Shown here: positions 35,468-46,715 of the stretch, piece after piece | Numbering within the stretch: the first letter of the stretch is position 1 | Layout: each line of letters opens with the position of its first letter | NCBI GenBank assembly: GCA_963717905.1 | Contig: CAVQXM010000003.1 | Coordinates: 41,790 to 105,789, forward strand | Direction of reading: 5' to 3' | DNA from: an uncultured Alphaproteobacteria bacterium | GTDB lineage: Bacteria; Pseudomonadota; Alphaproteobacteria; Rhizobiales; Xanthobacteraceae | Length of the DNA stretch: 64,000 nt | Program-made: the position numbers and the translations under genes | The notes under the pieces: generated by a model | Database searches by the model: none | Told to the model about the DNA's origin: nothing | Seen by the model: only the letters and a program-made list of their open reading frames with translations

Positions 35468-36688
35468 ATGGAAGAATTCTACCGCATTCGCCGTCTGCCG
35501 CCCTATGTGTTCGAACAGATCAATCGAGCCAAGGCCGCCGCGCGCAATGCCGGGGCCGACATTATCGATATGGGGATGGGTAACCCCGATTTGCCGACGC
35601 CGCCGCATGTGCTTGAAAAGTTGAAGGAAACTCTCGGCAAGCCGCGGACGGATCGCTATTCCGCCTCGCGCGGGATCACCGGCCTGCGCAAGGCGCAAGC
35701 GGCCTATTACGATCGTCGCTTCGGGGTGAAGCTCAATCCCGACACGCAGGTGGTGGCGACGCTGGGCTCGAAGGAAGGCTTCGCCAACGTTGCGCAGGCG
35801 ATTACCGCCCCTGGCGACGTGGTTCTGTGTCCGAACCCGAGCTACCCCATCCATGCATTCGGGTTCTTGATGGCTGGCGGCGTGATCCGCTCGGTGCCGT
35901 CGGACCCGACGCCTGATTTCTTCGCATCGGTCGAGCGCGCCATCGTCCATTCGATCCCGAAGCCGATTGCCCTGATCGTCTGCTATCCGTCGAATCCGAC
36001 CGCCAAGGTCGCGAGCCTTGATTTCTACAAGGATCTGGTCGCCTTCGCGAAGAAGCACGAGATCTTCATCCTGTCGGATCTGGCGTATTCGGAAGTCTAT
36101 TTCGACGACAACAACCCGCCGCCGTCGGTGCTGCAGGTTCCCGGCGCGATGGATGTCACCGTCGAGTTCACGTCGATGTCGAAGACGTTCTCGATGGCTG
36201 GTTGGCGCATGGGTTTTGCCGTCGGCAACGAACGGATCATCGCAGCGCTTGCCCGCGTGAAGTCCTACCTCGATTACGGCGCGTTCACGCCGATCCAGGT
36301 TGCGGCAACGGCTGCGCTCAACGGGCCAGACGACTGCATCCGCGAGATGCGCGACACCTATCGCAAGCGGCGTGACGCCATGGTCGAGTCATTCGGCCGG
36401 GCGGGCTGGGACATTCCTCCGCCGTCAGCGTCGATGTTCGCCTGGGCTCCGTTGCCGGAAGCCTTCCGTGAAATTGGCAGCATGCAGTTCGCCACCCTGA
36501 TGGTTGAAAAGTCGGGTGTGGTGGTCTCGCCGGGTGTTGCCTTCGGCGAACATGGCGAAGGCTATGTTCGTATCGCCATGGTGGAAAACGAGCAGCGCAT
36601 CCGCCAGGCTGCGCGCGGCATCCGCCGTTTCCTTGAAAGCGGCGTGGAAACGTTGCACAACGTCGTTCCTCTCGCCACCCGGCGCTAG
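35468..36688 (+). CDS. PLP-dependent class I/II aminotransferase (AlaC/DapL-like)
   Basis: GMGNPD, PSNPT, DLAY, SMSKTFSMAGWRMG. Confidence 0.93.
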   Translation: MEEFYRIRRLPPYVFEQINRAKAAARNAGADIIDMGMGNPDLPTPPHVLEKLKETLGKPRTDRYSASRGITGLRKAQAAYYDRRFGVKLNPDTQVVATLGSKEGFANVAQAITAPGDVVLCPNPSYPIHAFGFLMAGGVIRSVPSDPTPDFFASVERAIVHSIPKPIALIVCYPSNPTAKVASLDFYKDLVAFAKKHEIFILSDLAYSEVYFDDNNPPPSVLQVPGAMDVTVEFTSMSKTFSMAGWRMGFAVGNERIIAALARVKSYLDYGAFTPIQVAATAALNGPDDCIREMRDTYRKRRDAMVESFGRAGWDIPPPSASMFAWAPLPEAFREIGSMQFATLMVEKSGVVVSPGVAFGEHGEGYVRIAMVENEQRIRQAARGIRRFLESGVETLHNVVPLATRR

Positions 36689-36712
36689 GATCATCCATAG
36701 GTCTATCGCGTC

Positions 36713-38040
36713 ATGGTCGCACCCTTCAAAGTGGGTATTGCGGGCCTCGGCACCGTTGGTGTCGAGGTTGTCCGTCTTATCGAACAACAGTCGAAAACTC
36801 TGCAGGCGCGTAGCGGCCGGGAGATCGAAGTCGTCGCCGTCACCGCGCGCTCCAAGGGCAAGAAGCGTGGCGTCGATCTCAGCGGCATGCGCTGGGCCAA
36901 AACGCCGCTCGATGTCGCAAGCGATCCGGAGATCGATTGCTTCGTCGAACTGATGGGCGGGGCAGGCGAGCCTGCACTCTCCGCCATCGAGGCGGCGTTG
37001 AAGGCTGGCAAATCGGTCGTCACCGCCAACAAGGCGCTGATCGCCAAGCACGGCCTCAAACTCGGCGCACTCGCCGAAAAGCACAGCGCAACCTTGCACT
37101 ACGAGGCGGGTGTCGCCGGCGCCGTGCCGGTCATCAAGACGCTGCGCGAGGGCCTGTCGGGCACGACCGTCAACCGCGTCTACGGCATCCTCAACGGCAC
37201 CTGCAATTACATCCTGACAAGGATGGAGCTGGAAGGGCTGTCGTTCGCGGACTGTCTCGCCGACGCGCAGCGCCTCGGCTATGCCGAAGCCGATCCGACA
37301 TTTGACGTCGAAGGCTTCGACACCGCGCAGAAGCTGACGATTTTGGCGAGCCTCGCGTTCGGCATCAAGATCGCCGAGAGCGCTGTCTATGTCGAAGGCA
37401 TCTCATCGATCGACGTCGGCGGATCTGCGCGCGGCGCAGGAGCTTGGCTACCGCGTCAAACTGCTCGGCGTCGCGACGCGAACCGCCAATGGCATCGAGC
37501 AGCGCGTGCATCCGACCATGGTGCCACGCAACTCATCCATCGCACAGGTCATGGGCGTGACCAATGCCGTGACCATCGACGGTGAAGGCTTTGCTCCGAT
37601 CACCCTCGTCGGCCCAGGCGCTGGCGGCGCCGCCACAGCCTCGGCCGTCCTTGCCGACATCGTCGACGCCGCGCGCGGCGGCAATGTTGCGCCATTCGGT
37701 CGGCCGACGGCTTCTTTGGCGCCGACATCCAAGGCGCCGGTCGAACATCATCAGGGCGGCTACTACATCCGCCTGATGGCGCGCGATCTGCCAGGGCACC
37801 ACTGCGGCTATTGCCACACGTCTCGCCGACGAAAAGATCTCGATCGCGTCGATTGTGCAGCGCAAGCCGGATGATGAGGACGAGCAGGCAGCGGTTGGGC
37901 GCAAGAAGGGCGCCCTGGTGCCGGTAATCCTTGTCACCCACGCTACGTCAGAGGACGCCGTGCGTCGCGCCCTGAAAGCCGTTCAGGCTGACAAGGTCAT
38001 CAGCGGGCGTCCGCAAGTTATTCGTATCGAAAAGAATTGA
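36713..38040 (+). CDS. hom: Homoserine dehydrogenase with ACT domain; two apparent frameshifts (~37412, ~37794)
   Basis: GLGTVG, VTANK, GILNGT, GYAEADP, GPGAG, spread over three overlapping ORFs. Confidence 0.92.
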
Positions 38041-38097
38041 GTTGAGTTTATCGCGGTCAGGCCGAAGGGTCGCCGTGAAGATCGAGGAGAACAGTTG

Positions 38098-39096
38098 ATG
38101 TCATCAATCATTTCCGTGCCGCCCGCCCAATTGCTCGAGCGAATTCTGACACTCGAAATCGTGCGTGTGACTGAACGCGCAGCCGTTTCGGCAGCGCGCT
38201 TGCGGGGCCACGGCAATGAGAAGGGCGCCGATCAGGCGGCCGTCGATGCCATGCGGCGCGAACTCAACAAGATGCCGATCGACGGCACGATCGTGATCGG
38301 CGAGGGCGAGCGTGACGAAGCCCCGATGCTGTACATCGGTGAAAAGGTCGGCACCAACAGCGGCCCGCGCGTCGACATTGCCGTTGATCCGCTGGAAGGC
38401 ACGACGCTGTGCGCCAAGAATATGCCGGGCTCCATCGCGACCATGGCGATGGCGGATGGTGGCACGCTGCTGCACGCGCCTGACGTCTACATGCAGAAGA
38501 TCGCTATCGGTCCCGGTTACGATCTGAACATCATCGATATCGATGCGCCGCCGGAAGAGAACATCCGCCGTCTCGCGAAGGCGAAGGGTGTGAAGCCATC
38601 CGAGATCAATGCGCTCGTGCTTGATCGTCCGCGCCATGCGGCCATCATCGCAGCCATCCGTTCGACCGGCGCTGCAGTCCGCCTGATCGACGATGGCGAC
38701 GTCGCCGGTGTCATCCACACAGCCGATCCTGACAATACCGATGTGGATATTTATATCGGTACGGGCGGCGCGCCTGAAGGCGTTCTCGCAGCCGCCGCGC
38801 TGCGTTGCATCGGCGGCCAGATGCAGTGCCGGCTGATCCTGGATACCGACGAGAAGCGTGAACGCGCCTTGAAGATGGGCATCACCGACCCCGCGATGAT
38901 CTATGGCATCCACGACATGGTGAAGGGTGACTGTCTGTTCGCAGCGACCGGCGTCACCGATGGCGCGTTGTTGTCAGGTGTCAAATTCCGCGGCAATGTG
39001 ATCGAGACGGAAACGATTGTAATGCGGTCGGTGACTGGTACAGTTCGCACCATCAAGGGCGAACATCGCCAGCTCGAGAAATTCCATCTCGACTAA
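38098..39096 (+). CDS. glpX: Class II fructose-1,6-bisphosphatase
   Basis: IGEGERDEAPML, DPLEGT, GGAPEGV. Confidence 0.97.
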   Translation: MSSIISVPPAQLLERILTLEIVRVTERAAVSAARLRGHGNEKGADQAAVDAMRRELNKMPIDGTIVIGEGERDEAPMLYIGEKVGTNSGPRVDIAVDPLEGTTLCAKNMPGSIATMAMADGGTLLHAPDVYMQKIAIGPGYDLNIIDIDAPPEENIRRLAKAKGVKPSEINALVLDRPRHAAIIAAIRSTGAAVRLIDDGDVAGVIHTADPDNTDVDIYIGTGGAPEGVLAAAALRCIGGQMQCRLILDTDEKRERALKMGITDPAMIYGIHDMVKGDCLFAATGVTDGALLSGVKFRGNVIETETIVMRSVTGTVRTIKGEHRQLEKFHLD

Positions 39097-39113
39097 TAAG
39101 AAAAGGTAATTCC

Positions 39114-39563
39114 ATGGCTGCGCACGTAATCATCCGCCCTGTTGGTCCTGATGAGCGCGCAGCCTGGGAGCCGCTTTGGAATGGCTATATCGCCTTCTAT
39201 AAAGCGACGTTGGCGACCGGGGCGAGTGATGTCGCCTGGTCGCGTTTTCACGATCCGAATGAGCCGATGCATTTGCTCGGCGCGTATGTCGACGGCAAGT
39301 TGACGGGCATCGTCCAATATCTTTTTCATCGATCGACCTGGACGCCGGGCGACTACTGTTATCTGCAAGATCTGTTTGTCGATGACAGCGCGCGCGGGCT
39401 TGGCCTCGGCCGCAAGCTGATCGAGGCTGTCTATGACAAGGCGCGAGAAGCTGGCGCCAGCCGCGTGCATTGGCTGACGCAGAATGACAATGCGACGGCG
39501 CGCCTGCTGTACGATCGGATCGCCGATAATTCCGGCTTCATGCAGTACCGCAAGATCATGTGA
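39114..39563 (+). CDS. GNAT N-acetyltransferase
   Basis: YLQDLFV...RGLGLG. Confidence 0.92.
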   Translation: MAAHVIIRPVGPDERAAWEPLWNGYIAFYKATLATGASDVAWSRFHDPNEPMHLLGAYVDGKLTGIVQYLFHRSTWTPGDYCYLQDLFVDDSARGLGLGRKLIEAVYDKAREAGASRVHWLTQNDNATARLLYDRIADNSGFMQYRKIM

Positions 39564-39735
39564 ACGCAGTCGAACTGGCATCGTGCGACAATCCGCGCGT
39601 GCGAACGAGCTTGTTCGCAATGCTGCGGTTGGTGACAGTCTCGAGCAAGCAAGGGAGTCGATTGGGTCGATCAGCATCCACCAGTCTGCGAAGACACATG
39701 TAATAAAAAAATACGATACTCGGAGGGACACTACG

Positions 39736-40464
39736 ATGAACGGGCAACGTCAACTTGCAGACATCAGGGCTCTCTTATTCGACGTGTTTGGCACGGTCGT
39801 TGATTGGCGCAGCAGTCTGATTGCGGACTTCACGGCGTGGTCGGCTCAGCGTGGCATCTCGGCGGACTGGACGGCGCTGGTCGACGCCTGGCGACAAGCC
39901 TATGTGCCATCGATGGATGAGGTCCGCCGTTATCCCGAGCGCGGGTTCATCATCCTCGACAAATTGCATCGCACGTCGCTGGTCCAACTCGTCAAGGCGC
40001 ATGAAATCAAGGGACTGACGTCTGGGGACATCGAATATCTGACGCGCGGTTGGCATCGCCTGAATGCATGGCCTGACAGCGTCAGCGGCCTGACGCGCTT
40101 GAAAAGCAAATTCATCATCAGCCCGCTATCAAACGGCAATGTCGCATTGCTCACCAATATGGCCAAGCATGCCGGCTTGCCCTGGGATCTGGTGATGTCT
40201 GCGGAACTGTTCAGGCATTACAAGCCTGACCCCGAAACCTATCTTGGCGCTGCGACGTTGCTCGGCCTGAAGCCTGAGCAGGTGATGCTGGTTGCCGCGC
40301 ATAACAATGATCTTGCCGCCGCCCAGTCTTGTGGTCTGAAGACCGCCTTTGTGCCGCGGCTCACGGAGTATGGCCCGCACCAAAACCGCGATCTCAAGCC
40401 TGAGGGCAATTGGGACATGGTCGCGGACGACTTCAATGATCTGGCCGCGCGGCTAGGTTGCTGA
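39736..40464 (+). CDS. Haloacid dehalogenase type II
   Basis: FDVFGT, LSNG, YKPDP, AAHNND. Confidence 0.92.
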   Translation: MNGQRQLADIRALLFDVFGTVVDWRSSLIADFTAWSAQRGISADWTALVDAWRQAYVPSMDEVRRYPERGFIILDKLHRTSLVQLVKAHEIKGLTSGDIEYLTRGWHRLNAWPDSVSGLTRLKSKFIISPLSNGNVALLTNMAKHAGLPWDLVMSAELFRHYKPDPETYLGAATLLGLKPEQVMLVAAHNNDLAAAQSCGLKTAFVPRLTEYGPHQNRDLKPEGNWDMVADDFNDLAARLGC

Positions 40465-40569
40465 TCGCTGCGCGTTACCGTCGGTTGATCCGGTCAGCGC
40501 GACCTCCGCGTCGACCGGATCAGATCTAGGCTGTTTGCATCAGCCGGTCTTCGTGGTTATGTCGCGGTC

Positions 40570-42408
40570 ATGACTCCGCCGACAGCCATTCCCGAATTGA
40601 AACGATCAGCCTTCCTTGGCATCTCCGATTCCGCGACCGGGCGCGTCTGGCGCGACCGGCTGGATGATCGCGGCTCGGCGCTGGCGCTGGCCATGGTGCA
40701 GCGCTATCAGCTGCCGGAGATTTTGGCGCGGCTGATCGCGGGACGGAACATCCCGCTCGACGCTGTCGATGATTTCCTCGATCCGACCATTCGCAAGCTG
40801 ATGCCGGACCCGTTCACCATCACCCAGATGGAGGTCGCGGCGCACCGCATTGCGGATGCGATTGCCAATCAGGAGAAGATTGCGATCTTCGGCGATTACG
40901 ACGTCGATGGCGCGACCTCGGCGGCGCTGCTGGCCTGGCTGTGCCAGTATTGCGGGCTCGATCCGCAGATCCATATTCCCGACCGCATTTTTGAGGGCTA
41001 CGGCCCGAACGTCGACGCGATCCGATCGCTCGCCGCCAATGGTGCGACCCTGCTGGTGACCGTGGACTGCGGCACGACGAGCATCGAGCCGCTGGCCGAG
41101 GCACGCCGGCTAGGCATGTCGGTCGTCGTCATCGATCACCACCAGTGCGGCGACGTGTTGCCCGAGGTCGATGCGCTGGTGAACCCGAACCGGCCGGATG
41201 ATATCTCCGGGCTGGGGCATCTGGCGGCGGTTGGTCTGGTGTTCGTGACGCTCGTCGCCGTCAATCGTGAGCTGCGCAATCGCGGCTATTGGGTGCCGGG
41301 GCGGCGCGAACCGAACCTGATGGATATGCTGCATCATGTGGCGCTCGGCACCGTTGCTGACGTCGCGCCGCTGATCGGCCTGAACCGCGCCTTCGTCGCC
41401 AAGGGGTTGATCGCGATGCGTCGCCGCGATCATCTCGGCCATACCGCGCTGATGGATGTGTCGCGCCTCAACGGCCCGCCTGAGGCCTGGCATCTCGGCT
41501 TTATGCTGGGGCCGCGTATCAACGCGGGTGGACGCATCGGCCGCGCCGATCTGGGCGTGCGGCTGCTGCTCGAGAACGATCCGTCAGAGGCTGCAAAGAT
41601 CGCCGCTGAACTCGATCGGCTCAATTCAGAGCGCCGCGAGATTGAAGCGGCTGCCGTTGAACAGGCCGAGGCCGAGGCGCTGGCGTCGCTCGGGCTCGAC
41701 GACAAGGGCAGCGTCATCGTTGCCGCGTCAGAAGGCTGGCACCCCGGCGTGGTCGGGCTGGTCGCGTCGCGCCTGAAGGAAAAATTCGGACGTCCGGCGT
41801 TCGCCATCGCACTCGAGCCGGGTGGCACCGGCACCGGTTCGGGCCGCTCTATCCCGGGCGTTGATCTCGGCATGGTGGTGAAACAGGCGGTCACCGACGG
41901 CCTGTTGATCAAGGGCGGCGGCCACGCCATGGCGGCGGGTGTAACGCTGCGGAAAGAACGGCTGGCCGAATTCCGGGGCTATGTTGAAAAGGCCGTGGCG
42001 GATGATGTCACGCGGGTCCGCCACGTTCGAGAGCTTCTGATTGATGCCGCTGTCAGCGGCCGCGCGGTGACGCCGGAACTGTTCCGCACGCTCGATCGCG
42101 CCGGGCCGTTCGGCTCGGCCAATCCTGAGCCTGTGGTGGCGCTGCCGTCGCAGCAGGTCGCCTTTGTCGATCAGGTCGGGCAGGGCCATCTGCGCGTACG
42201 GCTGAAGTCATCCGACGGGGCGATGGTCAATGCGATTGCCTTTCGCGTCCTCGACCAGCCGCTCGGCAAGGCGCTGCAGGAGAGCCGGGGTCTTCAGGTC
42301 CATGTCGCCGGTACGCTGTCGCTTGATCGCTGGCAGGGCAATGAACGCGTGCAACTCCGCATCATCGATATCGGTGCGCCCGATCCGGGACCGCGCCTGA
42401 TCCGCTAG
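40570..42408 (+). CDS. recJ: ssDNA exonuclease RecJ
   Basis: GDYDVDG, DCG, DHH, GPRINAGGR, GGHAMAAG. Confidence 0.97.
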   Translation: MTPPTAIPELKRSAFLGISDSATGRVWRDRLDDRGSALALAMVQRYQLPEILARLIAGRNIPLDAVDDFLDPTIRKLMPDPFTITQMEVAAHRIADAIANQEKIAIFGDYDVDGATSAALLAWLCQYCGLDPQIHIPDRIFEGYGPNVDAIRSLAANGATLLVTVDCGTTSIEPLAEARRLGMSVVVIDHHQCGDVLPEVDALVNPNRPDDISGLGHLAAVGLVFVTLVAVNRELRNRGYWVPGRREPNLMDMLHHVALGTVADVAPLIGLNRAFVAKGLIAMRRRDHLGHTALMDVSRLNGPPEAWHLGFMLGPRINAGGRIGRADLGVRLLLENDPSEAAKIAAELDRLNSERREIEAAAVEQAEAEALASLGLDDKGSVIVAASEGWHPGVVGLVASRLKEKFGRPAFAIALEPGGTGTGSGRSIPGVDLGMVVKQAVTDGLLIKGGGHAMAAGVTLRKERLAEFRGYVEKAVADDVTRVRHVRELLIDAAVSGRAVTPELFRTLDRAGPFGSANPEPVVALPSQQVAFVDQVGQGHLRVRLKSSDGAMVNAIAFRVLDQPLGKALQESRGLQVHVAGTLSLDRWQGNERVQLRIIDIGAPDPGPRLIR

Positions 42409-42411
42409 CGC

Positions 42412-43639
42412 CTAGCCGCCGCGCAGCTTGGCCAGCACCTTCAGGCCGCCATAGCCGTCGGCGGCCATGCCGTGCTTGCGCTGAAAATCAGCCACGGCTT
42501 GCATGGTGGCGTTGCCAACGCGGCCATCAGCGCCACCGGTGTCAAATCCCGCGCGGGTGAGCCTCGTCTGCAATTCCTGCACCTCGGCCAGCGTCAGCAC
42601 GCGCTCGGAGCCGGGGAACGGTTGAATGAACGCCGGCCCGCCGAGAATGCGATCGCCGAGGTGGCAGATCGCCAGCGCATAGTTCATCGACGGGTTGTAG
42701 CTGCGCACGGCGTAGAAGTTCGGCCCCAGCAGGAAGCTCGGTCCGCCCTGTACGGGTGTCCAGAGCTTCGCTGTCGCATTGGGCTGCGGGAAGGGCCGAC
42801 CATCCGCCCGGCTCACGCCGGCGCTGCTCCAGGCGGCGTAGCTGCGGCTGCCGTCGCCGCTGGCGCCATTGGTCCGAACTTCATAGCCCCAGTGCTGGTC
42901 GCGCTGATACTTGCCGCGATTGATCAGATAGCGCGCGGTTGAGCCGAGCGCATCATCCGGCTTGCCGAACGGCGACACCCGGCCATCCTTGTCGTAGTCG
43001 ATGCCGACATTGAGCCAGACCTCGGGCATCCACTGGGTATGCCCCATGGCGCCGGCCCATGAGCCACGCATCTGCTCCGGCGTGCTCCAGCCACGCTGGA
43101 CAATTTTCAGCGCGTTGATCAGCTCGGTTTCCCAATAGGCCCGGCGGCGCGGTTCATTCCAGGCCAGCGCCGCCAACTGCGGGAACACGGGCCGCATGTG
43201 GTTCTGTTGCACGAGGGGATCGCCATAGGCGGAACTCCACGCCCCATAGCGCCAGCAGCGTGCCGCGCTCGACGCCAAAGTCCTTCTCGATGCGGGCGAA
43301 CAGCCGCTCATTGTCGCGCAGCGCGACCTTGCCAGCGGTCATCCGCCAGTCCGAGACACGGCGGTTGATATATTGCCAGACCTGCTCCTTGAACTCGGGT
43401 TGGCTGCGCAGCTTCGGGAACACCGTCATGTCCGGTTCAAGGCGACCCATCACGCCGTTGTACGTCGCGTCGCTGATGCCCTTGGCGCTGGCCTTGGCGC
43501 GGAAGGCATTGCGCCATTGGTCAAAACCTGCGGGCGCGGCTGTAGCGCCATGCGCTGCGACAGCGGACAAGCCGGCGCCGACGAGCGATTGCAGCGCGGC
43601 GCGACGGGTGAGGCGGAGGCGGGAATCAATCTGGGTCAT
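42412..43639 (-). CDS. Tat-signal lytic murein transglycosylase (MltB family) with PG-binding domain; frameshift ~43233
   Basis: WGVE|SAYG split across frames; GSWAGAMGHTQWMP, YNPSMNYAL. Confidence 0.9.
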
Positions 43640-43782
43640 GAGGACAAGTCTAGGGTGCTGATACCGGCATCGGCAAAGTCAAACCTGCGGCATCTGTGCG
43701 GGTTGACCCATAGTATCATTGGCGGAACCCGGGCGCCGGGGCTAGCCTGTGGTCATCACCTTCACATGACAGGAGAGCAGCT

Positions 43783-44268
43783 ATGACGGAGAGTTTTGCT
43801 CGCAGTGAACGGGGGCGATTCAAGGAACTCGCGCCTGACATCGACAAATTGCTCAGCAGCTTCGGCGTTGCGACCGCGCAGTCCGGGCTTGAGAAAACCT
43901 TGATCGATCTGATCGAGCTCCGCGCCTCGCAGATCAACGGCTGCGCCTATTGCGTGCAGTATCATGTCCTCTCGGCTGAGGCCCATCATCTCCATGCGGA
44001 CAAGATCAACCTGGTCGCCGTGTGGCATGAAGCGCCGGTCTTTTCTGCACGCGAGCGGGCGGCGCTGGCCTGGACCGAGGCGATCACGCTGATTTCCGAG
44101 GGCATCAGTGATGAACTCTACGAGGAGGTCAGCAAGGAGTTTGACGAAAAGGAACTGTACTATCTGACATCCGCGATCATCGGCATCAATTCGTGGAACA
44201 GGCTCGGGGCCACGTTCCGATGGACGCCGATTCAACGCAAGCCGGCGCGGCAGAGTGCGGCCGAATAG
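43783..44268 (+). CDS. Carboxymuconolactone decarboxylase/AhpD family protein
   Basis: RASQINGCAYC, INSWNR. Confidence 0.92.
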   Translation: MTESFARSERGRFKELAPDIDKLLSSFGVATAQSGLEKTLIDLIELRASQINGCAYCVQYHVLSAEAHHLHADKINLVAVWHEAPVFSARERAALAWTEAITLISEGISDELYEEVSKEFDEKELYYLTSAIIGINSWNRLGATFRWTPIQRKPARQSAAE

Positions 44269-44269
44269 G

Positions 44270-45997
44270 CTAGTAGTTGGACTGGCTGGCCGGTTGGGCG
44301 GGTGTGACATCTGATACGGCGGCTGGCTCGGGCGGCGCCTCCGGGAGGTCGGGCTCGATCATGCGGCCGCGCTTGCCGAGCAGCTCCTCGTAGGACGCAA
44401 TCAGGGTTGCGTAGGGGCTGACCCATAGCCAGCCCTCACGTGTGAACACCTGGACGTCGAAGTGCAGGTGATTGGTCGTGCCTCCCGCATGGTCCTGATA
44501 ATTTGAAACGGTTCCGATCGGTTCGCCTTCGCGGACGCGGCGGTCGTGCACGACGCCATCGCGGTTGAGCTGGTCGGGCGACATGTGCATGTAGCGAAAC
44601 CGCAGATGCTCAAGGCCCGTGTTGACGAGCAGCCGTACGCCCTGCTGGTGATCACCGCGGATCAACACGCCGTCGCGCACGGCCACGACGCGATGGTCGG
44701 CCGGGCTGCAACGGTCCGCGCCTTCGTTGCGCAGGTGGCAGCTGGACGGGCGGATGTCCTGGCCCTGATGGCCCCGGCCTGTCGCACATTGACCGACGCC
44801 GAAATCACGGGCTTCGCAGAAGTTGTCGCGCCAGGGATAGGCGTAGTTCTCACCGGCGCCCTCGTTGAACACCAGCGGCTTGTCACTGCCCGCGCAACGA
44901 TAGGGGGCGTCCTTCTTGCGCGGCCGGGGTATGCGCCCGCGCTGGAAGCAGTCGCCCCAGTTCAGGAAGGATTGCGAATTGGCGAAGGCGGGCGTGCGCT
45001 CAAGCGGAAAACGAATTTGCGCGTAAACCGTGGGATCGGCATGGCCGGCCTGCCGCTTGTATCCGGTGCCCGCCAGGATCTCGCCGGGCGGGTGATAGCT
45101 GAAACTCAGATCCCATTGCGCCGGCCGGACCACCTGTTGCGGAGCGAGGTCCTCCGGGCGCAACTGCGATGGCGAGCCTCCGCTTATGCGCAGCGAGCGC
45201 AGGAAGTGCTCTGCGGCGTCCGTCGCCTCGCGGCAGGCAAGGCGTTTGACGCGCGGGACGCTGTCGAGACAGGCGATCGAGACAACGTAGGCCGCGCCAT
45301 AGCGGCTGAAATGATAGCGGACATACCCTTCACGGATGATCCGGCGCAAATCGGGATACTGCTCCTGCAAGTTTCGAACCGGTTGACCAAGGCCAGCACG
45401 CGGATCGCTGATGTCATAGAGCAAGCTTGATCCAGTAATCTGGATTTCGATCGGCTGGGCGTAACGGCGCGGCTTTGCCGCCGCTTCGCGTGGCAGCGCA
45501 AAGATGGCGTCGTAGCCCGAGGGGCCGGCGTCGAACATCAGGACTGGCAAAAAGCCGAAGCGGTGGTCATCGCGGTCGTTCTGGACGTCGGGCTGCCATG
45601 TCGCCTGCAGATGACCTGCAACATCGAACGGCAGCAGAACCGGAACGGAGCTGCGGTTGATGCCGGGGAAAACATCTGATGTCGCGGCGTTGACGCGGGC
45701 CAGCAACGGGCTGAAGCGACGTGACGTGCGTTGAGTGCGCTTCGAAGCGTAAAACGCAGGGACGACTTGAGCTTGCGGTAGAAGGTTCAGATCGGAGTTG
45801 AGGTCTAGAACCGCTGATTGCCAGTCGATATGGAGACGTTTGACTTTCGGCGTGACAAAAGTGTCGGCCGCTGCCGGGCGACCAGGACCTGCGGCGAATG
45901 CCAGAGCCGCCATGAGGCCAAGTGCGCGCCAACTGAAAGTGGCGAGGGCGCTGGGGGCAGATCGGTCGATCAACATGCGCCCCCAGTGCCAGTCCAT
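44270..45997 (-). CDS. Secreted M23-like peptidase with long N-terminal region
   Basis: Signal peptide; HQGQD, YMHM, NHLHFD. Confidence 0.8.
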   Translation of the reverse strand: MDWHWGRMLIDRSAPSALATFSWRALGLMAALAFAAGPGRPAAADTFVTPKVKRLHIDWQSAVLDLNSDLNLLPQAQVVPAFYASKRTQRTSRRFSPLLARVNAATSDVFPGINRSSVPVLLPFDVAGHLQATWQPDVQNDRDDHRFGFLPVLMFDAGPSGYDAIFALPREAAAKPRRYAQPIEIQITGSSLLYDISDPRAGLGQPVRNLQEQYPDLRRIIREGYVRYHFSRYGAAYVVSIACLDSVPRVKRLACREATDAAEHFLRSLRISGGSPSQLRPEDLAPQQVVRPAQWDLSFSYHPPGEILAGTGYKRQAGHADPTVYAQIRFPLERTPAFANSQSFLNWGDCFQRGRIPRPRKKDAPYRCAGSDKPLVFNEGAGENYAYPWRDNFCEARDFGVGQCATGRGHQGQDIRPSSCHLRNEGADRCSPADHRVVAVRDGVLIRGDHQQGVRLLVNTGLEHLRFRYMHMSPDQLNRDGVVHDRRVREGEPIGTVSNYQDHAGGTTNHLHFDVQVFTREGWLWVSPYATLIASYEELLGKRGRMIEPDLPEAPPEPAAVSDVTPAQPASQSNY

Positions 45998-46013
45998 AGC
46001 GAGCCTCGGAACC

Positions 46014-46580
46014 TTAGTCCTTGGCGCGCTCGACGTAAGAGCCGTCTTCCGTCAGCACAACAACGCGGGTGCCAGCGGAGACGTGCGGCGGAACGCCGGT
46101 GCGAACGCCGTTCGACAGGATCGCCGGCTTGTAGGACGACGATGCGGTCTGGCCCTTGGTCACCGGCTCAGTCTCGACGACCTCAAGGGTGACACGCTGC
46201 GGCAGCGTGATCGACACCGGCAGAGCGCCGTGCATCGACAGCTTGACTGTCATGTTCTCTTGCAGGTAGGGCTCGGCAGATCCGATGACGTCCTTCTGAA
46301 CGGCCACCTGATCGTAGTTTTCGACGTTCATGAAGTGGAAGCCATCGCCGTCCTGATAAAGGTAATTGAAGTTGTGATCTTCAATCGTGACCTTTTCAAC
46401 CTGATCCGTGGTCTTGAAGCGCTCTGAGATCTTCACACCGTCGCTGATTCGGCGCATTTCGATCTGGCTGACGGGAGTGCCCTTGCCAGGATGGATGTTC
46501 TCGGCAGTCAAAACCACATAGAGCTTGCCGTCCTGCTCAAGGACGTTTCCCTTGCGGATAGAACTTGCGATGACTTTCAA
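46014..46580 (-). CDS. efp: Elongation factor P
   Basis: HPGKG loop, KGQTA...KPA. Confidence 0.97.
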   Translation of the reverse strand: MKVIASSIRKGNVLEQDGKLYVVLTAENIHPGKGTPVSQIEMRRISDGVKISERFKTTDQVEKVTIEDHNFNYLYQDGDGFHFMNVENYDQVAVQKDVIGSAEPYLQENMTVKLSMHGALPVSITLPQRVTLEVVETEPVTKGQTASSSYKPAILSNGVRTGVPPHVSAGTRVVVLTEDGSYVERAKD

Positions 46581-46715
46581 AGGTATGTTTCCTAAATTAC
46601 AGGCTCACGGTCGTCGCCGACGGAGCCCCTGGTGCTGCGAACCGGTTTCGGCCTGCAACATACTGATTTCGGGCGCTAACGCCACCACTTTGCAAGAACT
46701 GCGAGGCTACCCCTG

